In this document: positions 25,564 through 32,000 of the stretch, piece by piece | How the letters are laid out: the number at the start of each line of letters is the position of its first letter | How positions within the stretch are numbered: position 1 is the stretch's first letter | NCBI GenBank assembly: GCA_028867275.1 | Contig: JAGWGU010000002.1 | Coordinates: 67,667-99,666, forward strand | Direction of reading: 5' to 3' | Length of the DNA stretch: 32,000 nucleotides | Source of the DNA: Nitrososphaerota archaeon | GTDB lineage: Archaea > Thermoproteota > Nitrososphaeria > Nitrososphaerales > Nitrosopumilaceae | Program-made: the position numbers and the translations under genes | The notes under the pieces: model-generated | What the model was told of the DNA's origin: nothing | What the model saw: only the letters and a program-made list of their open reading frames with translations | Databases searched by the model: none

Positions 25564-26064
25564 TTAGGAAAACTTGAGTCGAGTTTTTGCAGATACTGCA
25601 ACTATGGAAATTACTGCAACAGCGAGAACTATTGAGGCCAAGGTTCCAAATTCTGGAACTACCTGAGTACCAATTACCTCTACTTGTGTAGTATCCTGAG
25701 GAATTGACACTGTTATGGTTCTATCAGTAGGAGTCTTACTTTCTGTAAAATCAGTATCTGCACCATCCACTAGAACAAAGAATTGGTCATCGTTTGCACC
25801 ATCTTTTGCATCAATAAGAGCCCGCGGTAGTGCAACTGTCAGGTTGCCGTCAGCAGTTGCCTGCAATGAAATCACAAGTGATGTGTCTTGCGAGTTAATT
25901 GACATATCACTAACTGTTGCGCCTGTTATGTCATAAGGTACCTGAAATGATTGACCGCTCTGTGCGTCTTTTATGGTATACTGTTGTGATGTTTGCGCAA
26001 AAACTGGTGCCATTCCTATTGAAAAGACAATGCATGACATAATCACATAAGAATACCAGCGCAT
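25564..26064 (-). CDS. Small secreted surface protein with canonical PEFG-CTERM sorting signal
   Basis: 166 aa. Signal peptide ending PVFA|QTS. C-terminus VVPEFGTLASIVLAVAVISIVAVSAKTRLKFS has the PEFG motif, a TM helix and a basic tail. Confidence 0.8.
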   Translation of the reverse strand: MRWYSYVIMSCIVFSIGMAPVFAQTSQQYTIKDAQSGQSFQVPYDITGATVSDMSINSQDTSLVISLQATADGNLTVALPRALIDAKDGANDDQFFVLVDGADTDFTESKTPTDRTITVSIPQDTTQVEVIGTQVVPEFGTLASIVLAVAVISIVAVSAKTRLKFS

Positions 26065-26153
26065 AGACTATTTTTTATCACGTATTATTTGACCTTTTCT
26101 AGAGATTGATATTGCCTAGAAAATTGAAAATAGAGGTCTTTTAGTAATAAAAG

Positions 26154-27095
26154 ATGCAATTGTTTTTGCCAAGACATTATACAACTCTCTTTTTAGTTCA
26201 GGTTTTGCTATTTTTTATCACAGCACCAAGCAGTCAAGCAGCATATTTACAAAATAATCAAGTCATCATCAATGTCACATATGCAAATGATACATCAACT
26301 GCATATATCATTCATGTAGTCAACCATCAAAAACATACAATTTCTCAGAAATATTCTTGGATGGGAGATAGTCCTGGCAGATATAACCTGCAGGCTTATT
26401 CTATTGACAATGGTCCAGTTATTCCCATCAGCAGGGCATCTGATGGGAATTTCACATTAGATCTTTTAACAGATTCTAACCACTCGGTTGTCTTTATTGC
26501 AAAGCATCAATTTGAGATGTCACTGCAAGGAACATCCAATGCAATTTTTTCCCCAGCATCCCCAACAAATGACAATTGGTTTGATGCAGGCTCTGATGTG
26601 CAATTTGTTGTGCCATATGTGATATCATCTGACAAGGAATACACACGACAGCAGCTTGACGGGTGGTCACTTGACAACTCTGACATCAATGTGATTTCAA
26701 GACAAGAGTCAGACACTTTCAGATCCCCTGTGATCCACATGTCAGAAATGCACAAAATTGATCTAGAGTACAAAACCCAGTATTATATCAATGTCATCTC
26801 CAATTTCGGGCGAGCCCTAGGAACAGGGTGGTACAACTCTGGAACCATTGTAGATATAACAGCACTTCCAGGAAATGATATTCTTGTAAACCACATATTT
26901 TCAGGATGGCAAGGCCCAGTCATAGGAAACATAAATCAAGAATCTACAGAAATATTGGCAGACTCGCCAAAAGTCCTAGTAGCCAACTGGTCGGCAGATT
27001 ATACCAACATATCCATCATTGCAATAATCATAATTGCAGCCATAGTTTTACTTACAATCTACCAAAAAAGGAAAACATACTCAAAACAGGATTAA
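26154..27095 (+). CDS. Secreted beta-rich protein with C-terminal TM anchor
   Basis: 313 aa. Signal peptide ...APSSQA|AY. Two xGW-containing repeat segments (LDGWSLDNS and FSGWQGPVIG). C-terminal helix ISIIAIIIIAAIVLLTIY followed by QKRK. Confidence 0.7.
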   Translation: MQLFLPRHYTTLFLVQVLLFFITAPSSQAAYLQNNQVIINVTYANDTSTAYIIHVVNHQKHTISQKYSWMGDSPGRYNLQAYSIDNGPVIPISRASDGNFTLDLLTDSNHSVVFIAKHQFEMSLQGTSNAIFSPASPTNDNWFDAGSDVQFVVPYVISSDKEYTRQQLDGWSLDNSDINVISRQESDTFRSPVIHMSEMHKIDLEYKTQYYINVISNFGRALGTGWYNSGTIVDITALPGNDILVNHIFSGWQGPVIGNINQESTEILADSPKVLVANWSADYTNISIIAIIIIAAIVLLTIYQKRKTYSKQD

Positions 27096-27140
27096 AAATA
27101 GAGCGAGAACTTAAAGCCACCAGATTCAATTACCAAAACG

Positions 27141-28469
27141 TTGCTACAGAACCAGGATCCAGTAGCCTTACGTGAAGAGATTCAAAAAATCATGGTAAAT
27201 AATGGTTTTAAGAGAGAGTGCTATGCCAAAATTCTAGACTATACTATAAACCTGTTCGAGTCAAAGGGTCTTGGTGTAGAGTATTACGGATATCATAACA
27301 TTATCCACGAACTAGAAGTAACTTATGTAACTCTACTTGCAGCTCAATGGGAAAGCATCCAAGGCATTCTCAATTCGGAGGATTTTCCATACCTCTTTGT
27401 TGCAGCGCTGTTTCATGACTATGATCCTCAAAAAAAGGTAGACAAACCGCATGAAGAAGACGCCGTAAGATTTGTCATGACAGATGAAAAGCTACACTCG
27501 TTACTAAGAGATGCAAATATTGATAAAAATTTGATTGCTGCACTAATCCACAGGACCACATATCCTTGGAGCGGAGAAATAAAAGAAATCACGGAGAAAA
27601 AAATTGAAGATTGTCTTAATTCATCAGATGTTGTAAGAGATGATCAAAACAAAAGATCACATTTCAAGAGGATGGGATGGTTCCTCTCAGTCACGGACAG
27701 GATTGCAGGATACACACTTGGAGACTTTGCAAAAGCATTAGAGATGGCGCAAAAAAACGCTCATGCACTAGCATGGCATCCATATTACATCGTTAGAAGA
27801 TCTGTCGCATATTTTGAGGATCTTCTCAACAATGACGCAGAAATGTATCAGAGTGTTTTACAAGCACTTCCAAAAGACATGAGAAAACATTTCACAGACA
27901 ATGTATTGTCTTTTATGAAATTACGTGAACAAGAAATTCAGATTGAAGGATCACTTGTGTATGATAATACAAAATTCTTTGCAGTAATAGAGTCAATGTC
28001 AAATAGGCAAGCGCCAGAATTCATAGATACACTATCAGAAATTCATAAACAATTACCAAAACCACTTCAATTCAAAAAGGATAATTTTGTAGAATCGGTC
28101 ATGGCAAAAGACACCATACTAAACACACTAAGACTTGGAAGTGACAATGGCCCCATCATAGGTTTTACAAAAGGAGGACCACTTGAGACATACAAATTGC
28201 GACCCGAGATAAATGATGTAAACCATGGACTCAAGAATACAGCATTTATGGAACCGCTTGCAATTAGGATGGGTTATTGGGGACAGAGAGGTGGAAGAGA
28301 GATGAGATTGTTATTTAACATGCAGGTTCAAGCAAAAGGATACAAGTATCTTACAAGTTTTGCATTACGCGACGTGATTGCAAGCAGAATTGAAAGAAAT
28401 GAGCAGATTGAATTTGTAAAGCAATTTGACCCAGAACGCTGGGATTATTATCGTATTGTACTACAATAA
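27141..28469 (+). CDS. HD-domain phosphohydrolase-like protein fused to a GNAT-like C-terminal domain
   Basis: 442 aa. The N-terminal YHNIIHELEV...AALFHDYDP forms an H...HD motif. The C-terminal PLAIRMGYWGQRGGREMRLLF resembles the acetyl-CoA-binding Q/RxxGxG/A loop of GNAT acetyltransferases. Start is TTG 27141 or ATG 27192. Confidence 0.65.
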   Translation: MLQNQDPVALREEIQKIMVNNGFKRECYAKILDYTINLFESKGLGVEYYGYHNIIHELEVTYVTLLAAQWESIQGILNSEDFPYLFVAALFHDYDPQKKVDKPHEEDAVRFVMTDEKLHSLLRDANIDKNLIAALIHRTTYPWSGEIKEITEKKIEDCLNSSDVVRDDQNKRSHFKRMGWFLSVTDRIAGYTLGDFAKALEMAQKNAHALAWHPYYIVRRSVAYFEDLLNNDAEMYQSVLQALPKDMRKHFTDNVLSFMKLREQEIQIEGSLVYDNTKFFAVIESMSNRQAPEFIDTLSEIHKQLPKPLQFKKDNFVESVMAKDTILNTLRLGSDNGPIIGFTKGGPLETYKLRPEINDVNHGLKNTAFMEPLAIRMGYWGQRGGREMRLLFNMQVQAKGYKYLTSFALRDVIASRIERNEQIEFVKQFDPERWDYYRIVLQ

Positions 28470-28472
28470 CAA

Positions 28473-29009
28473 CTAGCTTGAGATCTTTCGCGACATGATA
28501 AACCTGGCAAGGTGGATTGAACCAATAAATGGCCATGACACCAACAATACTAAAAATCCAAACCAGACAACTGGGCCATAATTGACATAGTTTGCAGCCA
28601 AGTTTAGGGGGAATACATATGATATTATGCCATTTGGAATAAAATCAGACATGAATGGCTGAATATAGAGTTGTAATGCGTTCCACCCTACAAATACTGT
28701 AACAAAGAACAAGATGGCTTTTCTTCCCACATACTTTTCAAATCCTTTTCTTTCAATTTTTTGTATTTTCTCACGAAGTTCTTTTACTTCATCATGTAAT
28801 TTTTCCATTGCAAGTTCAGTATTTTTCTGGTATGACTCTGAGTCTTTTGGCCCTAGATAGAGAGGTATCATGATTTGCAGATATTTTTGATCAGATTCTG
28901 GAAGCGGTCGTCCCTTTTGTAAAAGATCAAGAAGATATTCTAGTCTACCTTGGTCGCCTTTTCCAAGAATTAAAATTTGTTGGATTGCCCCAATTAGATC
29001 CTCTGACAA
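28473..29009 (-). CDS. Membrane protein with soluble N-terminal helical domain
   Basis: 178 aa, TTG start. A coiled segment (EKLHDEVKELREKIQKIERK) is followed by three hydrophobic helices. Confidence 0.55.
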   Translation of the reverse strand: MSEDLIGAIQQILILGKGDQGRLEYLLDLLQKGRPLPESDQKYLQIMIPLYLGPKDSESYQKNTELAMEKLHDEVKELREKIQKIERKGFEKYVGRKAILFFVTVFVGWNALQLYIQPFMSDFIPNGIISYVFPLNLAANYVNYGPVVWFGFLVLLVSWPFIGSIHLARFIMSRKISS

Positions 29010-29059
29010 CAGTTTGAACCAAAGTTTGCCCAGATAAAAGCGATAGCACCAGTGAATAG

Positions 29060-30205
29060 CTAGACCTGAGCCATTCCCACTATGGCTCGTGGAAAGACAT
29101 CTTTGCGTTGCTCTTCTTCCTTGAGATATTCCTCATATCCTCCTATTGGTCGCAATGACTTGGCATCCATTATAGTGTATTTAGATATCTTTGCTCGACA
29201 AAACAGGTCTTCTAGATCATCTTTTGAGAACCATTTGGAGTAAACACCTTTTGATGTTCGAAGTATTGCATTTTCCACATCTTGTTTTGAGGTCATTATC
29301 TCGCCCACAGTTCTTTTGACCTCTCGGCCATAGAACTTTTTGAGTCCAAAATCTTTGAAGAGTTTCTTGTTAAAGACAGAAACTAGAATAGTACCATGTG
29401 GAAGTGCAAGGCTTTTCATTGACTTTAACATCTGCACCTGCAACTCTGCATTTTCTTGGTTTCCCAGTGTCTGAAAAGTGCAAACTATAACCTTGTGGGT
29501 ATTATCTAGCATCTTTTTGTTTAGATTAAAGTTCTGGGCTATTCCTGTTACTGGAAATATTCTTTTATTTAGAAATTGGCCCAAGCCATATTTTTTGAGC
29601 AATCTTGTAGAGTGAGATATCATCTCCTCAGAATAGTCTATTCCTACAACATATCGCAATTTCTTTTCATATGTCTCATCATATCGGTATAGTCTGCTTG
29701 TTTCAGGATTTTTTTTTAGATCCTTGCATGAGTTGATTCCAATTTTAGATCCTAGCAGTAAGAGATATCTTCCAGGCCCCGAGCCTGCATCAACAAAAGT
29801 CACTTGTTTTTTTTTCAAAAGAGAATCAAGATAGTGCGTTATGAATATCTCCTCAAATCTTTCATATGATCTGGCAGACCAAGCAGCCTCTGTTGGGTGT
29901 ACTACATTTCTAAAATATTGTCTTGCCATGTACTTGCTTGCAATTATTCCTTTGATTAGGTCATGTTCATTTTTTGAAAGATCTCCCATATGCAGTCTCT
30001 TTTTTATCTTTCTTGCAAGTATTCCATTTGTACAAATTTCATGCCTTATACTAGGTGCAAGTAAATTCAGATAGTCATTTTTAAAGACATATCTAGACGA
30101 ACAATTTGTGCAAAACAAATTTTCTCTTTTTTTGGTTGTTTTATCAAACCGCAACTCGTGGCCACAGACAGTACAATTTGCAATTATCGGTTCAATGTTG
30201 GACAA
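29060..30205 (-). CDS. Class I SAM-dependent methyltransferase with N-terminal zinc ribbon
   Basis: 381 aa. The zinc ribbon is CTVCGHEL...CTNCSSRY. SAM motif I is VTFVDAGSGPGRY. TTG start only 2 nt after the stop of the upstream regulator gene. Confidence 0.8.
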   Translation of the reverse strand: MSNIEPIIANCTVCGHELRFDKTTKKRENLFCTNCSSRYVFKNDYLNLLAPSIRHEICTNGILARKIKKRLHMGDLSKNEHDLIKGIIASKYMARQYFRNVVHPTEAAWSARSYERFEEIFITHYLDSLLKKKQVTFVDAGSGPGRYLLLLGSKIGINSCKDLKKNPETSRLYRYDETYEKKLRYVVGIDYSEEMISHSTRLLKKYGLGQFLNKRIFPVTGIAQNFNLNKKMLDNTHKVIVCTFQTLGNQENAELQVQMLKSMKSLALPHGTILVSVFNKKLFKDFGLKKFYGREVKRTVGEIMTSKQDVENAILRTSKGVYSKWFSKDDLEDLFCRAKISKYTIMDAKSLRPIGGYEEYLKEEEQRKDVFPRAIVGMAQV

Positions 30206-30207
30206 GA

Positions 30208-30990
30208 TTACTTTTCTGGCGTAGTACCATCGTATGCATCTTCATTACTTTTCTTTTTAGTAATCTTTTGTTTTGACGAACCCTCATCTTTTATGTATGT
30301 ATCATAAGTTCTATACACCTGTCGTATGGTTTTAAGATAAGACTCAAAGTCTGGGAGTTTTATTGGTTCATAAAAATAATTCATGTGAACTTTGGTCAGA
30401 TTATTCTTAGATATTCCCACACCTTCAAGCACATGGATTGGCTTGCTGTCAACAGAGTGGACCCAGCCAAGAGACCTAATTTTTTCCACCATCTCTTCAA
30501 AATGACCAGTCTCATTTGTTACTATTCGTAGAATAAAGTCATAGTTTTGTCCCTCTCCCTGGACCACGTCAATTGTTGTAACAATACCATATTCTCGACT
30601 AATTTCTACCAAATTGTTGTACATTTCAGAATATGGAATAACTCGACGCTCAAAAAGCGGGTTCTGGGTTTTGATAAAAGTATACCATTGGTTATCAAAT
30701 AGCTTGCTTGGATCAACAAGAATCCATTTTATCTTGTCGTCTCTCTTACTGTCTGCAGTATTGTTATGCTCCAAAATAACACCCTTTTTTATCAAGTCCT
30801 CGATTCTGCCCTTGACATTATCTCGTGATAGCACGTAACCATGTTTTTCAAGTTCCTTGTTTGCAGTGTCAGGAGTAGCACCGCTTTGTAAAACTTGCAA
30901 TATTAGCACATCAAGTGGGCTGATGTCATTTTTTGTAAGATTTTTCATCGGGATTGCCCCTTCAGGATTATCCGTTCCTCTTCCTACCAT
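30208..30990 (-). CDS. Lrp/AsnC-like regulator (wHTH plus RAM-like domain) with Lys-rich C-terminal tail
   Basis: 260 aa. wHTH DVLILQVLQSGATPDTANKELEKHGYVLSRDNVKGRIEDLIKKGVI. RAM-like YTFIKTQ...VTTIDVVQGEGQNYDFILRIVTNETGHFEEMVEKIRSLGWV. ATG 30948 (MKNLTK...) is an alternative start. Confidence 0.65.
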   Translation of the reverse strand: MVGRGTDNPEGAIPMKNLTKNDISPLDVLILQVLQSGATPDTANKELEKHGYVLSRDNVKGRIEDLIKKGVILEHNNTADSKRDDKIKWILVDPSKLFDNQWYTFIKTQNPLFERRVIPYSEMYNNLVEISREYGIVTTIDVVQGEGQNYDFILRIVTNETGHFEEMVEKIRSLGWVHSVDSKPIHVLEGVGISKNNLTKVHMNYFYEPIKLPDFESYLKTIRQVYRTYDTYIKDEGSSKQKITKKKSNEDAYDGTTPEK

Positions 30991-31028
30991 GATGACAAGG
31001 TCTCACAGTATTATTAAAAACATTTACT

Positions 31029-31049
31029 ACATTTTTGTCGCAAAAATGT
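31029..31049. promoter_or_regulatory. Perfect 9-bp inverted repeat, candidate operator
   Basis: ACATTTTTG-tcg-CAAAAATGT lies about 40 nt upstream of the Lrp-like gene start, in the divergent spacer shared with the zinc-finger gene. Confidence 0.3.
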
Positions 31050-31163
31050 TAAAACACCAATGTTCTAGGCATGACCAAGTTAGATTCATTCCTAAAATGA
31101 TCTCCACATTTCTGCGGCAAAACGTGTTCTAATTGATTTATAATTTCTCTGACAAGTAACGCC

Positions 31164-31391
31164 ATGACAACAATACCAACAGTTGAAAGAACTGAGACAA
31201 CAAAATGCAGTGCATGTGCTCGCAACTGTGCACAACTATGCACACAATGCGGAAAAAACTTTTGCACAAAGCACCTACTCGGGCATGCCGAGAAATGTAG
31301 TGGATACAAGGCAGTCATCCACAAAATACTGCAAAACGACATGAAAGAGATTGTAAAACAGGTCATGGAGGCAATGCTAAGATCGATATGA
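31164..31391 (+). CDS. Small Cys/His-rich zinc-finger protein (two-zinc, cross-brace-like spacing)
   Basis: 75 aa. CSACARNCAQLCTQCGKNFCTKHLLGHAEKC gives 7 Cys and 2 His within 31 residues. A helical tail follows. Confidence 0.6.
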   Translation: MTTIPTVERTETTKCSACARNCAQLCTQCGKNFCTKHLLGHAEKCSGYKAVIHKILQNDMKEIVKQVMEAMLRSI

Positions 31392-31395
31392 CCAG

Positions 31396-31463
31396 CACCA
31401 AATCCCCTGATGAGTCCGTGAGACTCGGACGAAACAATATTGTCGGGAGAAAACTAGGAGGTG
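31396..31463 (+). ncRNA. Type I hammerhead self-cleaving ribozyme motif
   Basis: The core is UCCC-CUGAUGA-GUCCG(ugagacu)CGGAC-GAA-ACA(auau)UGU-C|GGGA (31403-31448). All invariant core positions are present, including the G10.1-C11.1 and A15.1-U16.1 pairs and C17 in a GUC triplet. An outer helix I arm pairs CACC 31396-31399 with GGUG 31460-31463. Predicted cleavage lies between 31444 and 31445. Confidence 0.75.
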
Positions 31464-31464
31464 A
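31457..31464 (+). promoter_or_regulatory. Shine-Dalgarno sequence GGAGGTGA for the downstream secreted-protein gene
   Basis: Full-length SD 10 nt upstream of ATG 31475. It overlaps the 3' strand of the predicted outer helix I of the hammerhead. Confidence 0.5.
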
Positions 31465-31474
31465 AACATAGAGA

Positions 31475-32000
31475 ATGAATGGAATAAAAATACAGCTAGT
31501 TCTTGCAATTAGTGCAGGATCATTGCTATTGAGTGCAAGTTACGCAGGGTTTGCCTGGGCAGATTCAGGACAGAATTCTTTAGGCAACATACAGATCAAG
31601 GCTACCGATGCAATAAAGAATGATCCTGGCATGATGAAGATACTATACAACATAGAACTCTTCAAGCAGCAATATGCAGCTCAGCAACAAAAGCAAGCAT
31701 ATCAAGACCAGCAGCAAAAGTTGATTGACCAGCAACGCAAACTTGCAAATGATTACTTGCAAGCAGATCTTGCTAGCGCAAACAACGCCAATGATATGAG
31801 CAACCCGACAAACGCATACTCAGGCTTTGTAAGCAAAGTGGATAGCTCTGCTCAAGGAGTATTCCTAGATGAGTTTGCATACATGCAGGCAAAGGTAGCA
31901 CAGGGAAAACTTGCCATGAACAAAGTCTTGCAGCATGGAGGCTCACGTAGTGAAGCATTGAATGCATACTACAATGGTGCTGCAACACAAAAGACAGAAT
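31475..32000 (+). CDS. Partial secreted Gln-rich helical protein (3' end beyond window)
   Basis: Absent from the track because no stop lies in the window. The frame stays open from ATG 31475 to 32000: MNGIKIQLVLAISAGSLLLSASYAGFAWA|DSGQNSLG...QQYAAQQQKQAYQDQQQKLIDQQRK... It has a signal peptide and is preceded by a strong SD. Confidence 0.7.
   Translation, partial: MNGIKIQLVLAISAGSLLLSASYAGFAWADSGQNSLGNIQIKATDAIKNDPGMMKILYNIELFKQQYAAQQQKQAYQDQQQKLIDQQRKLANDYLQADLASANNANDMSNPTNAYSGFVSKVDSSAQGVFLDEFAYMQAKVAQGKLAMNKVLQHGGSRSEALNAYYNGAATQKTE

Noticed and set aside
30614-31366. Track ORFs 30614..30838(+), 30857..31132(+) and 31049..31366(-), and 31773..31988(-)
   Set aside because: These are shadows of the Lrp-like gene, the zinc-finger gene and the terminal secreted-protein gene respectively. 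The 30857 and 31049 ORFs would also have to run through the divergent promoter spacer.
1-32000. Mobile elements, prophage, CRISPR arrays or defence islands
   Set aside because: I found no transposase, integrase, Cas or restriction-like motifs in any frame. I also found no long terminal inverted repeats, no regularly spaced direct repeats, and no obvious compositional break by eye. The window reads as core chromosome.

Overview
AT-rich, gene-dense chromosomal segment with about 45 genes on both strands. Its content suggests an ammonia-oxidising thaumarchaeon of the Nitrosopumilus type. That assignment is an inference from the Amt transporter, PEFG-CTERM-like surface proteins, class III PhaEC, many tiny zinc-ribbon ORFs and a TATA box about 27 nt from start codons. 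I saw no rRNA, tRNA, CRISPR array, transposase or integrase. Main blocks: (i) 1.1-5.9 kb, a copper-handling cluster: two secreted proteins plus a 1012-aa CopC-CopD-YtkA-like-beta-propeller fusion, all three predicted to mature with an N-terminal His. (ii) 6.3-13.3 kb, regulators, a PEFG-CTERM surface protein, a radical SAM enzyme with a stand-alone RAM-domain protein, and a SIMPL protein. (iii) 13.4-16.6 kb, ammonium transporter, a PPOX-like/nitroreductase pair, a PAP2 phosphatase and tiny zinc-finger ORFs missing from the ORF track. (iv) 17.0-24.9 kb, a polyhydroxyalkanoate granule cluster laid out like the haloarchaeal one: aldehyde dehydrogenase, AbrB-type PhaR-like, phasin-like, PhaC, PhaE, a second helical protein, an alpha/beta hydrolase, a CBS protein and a patatin-like lipase. 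(v) 25-31 kb, surface proteins, an HD/GNAT-like fusion, and an Lrp-like regulator plus zinc-ribbon methyltransferase operon. (vi) 31396-31463, the most unusual element: a complete type I hammerhead ribozyme motif with every invariant core nucleotide and a GUC cleavage triplet. It fills the spacer between a zinc-finger gene and a secreted-protein gene and overlaps that gene's Shine-Dalgarno sequence. All product calls come from reading motifs in the translations; no database search was possible.
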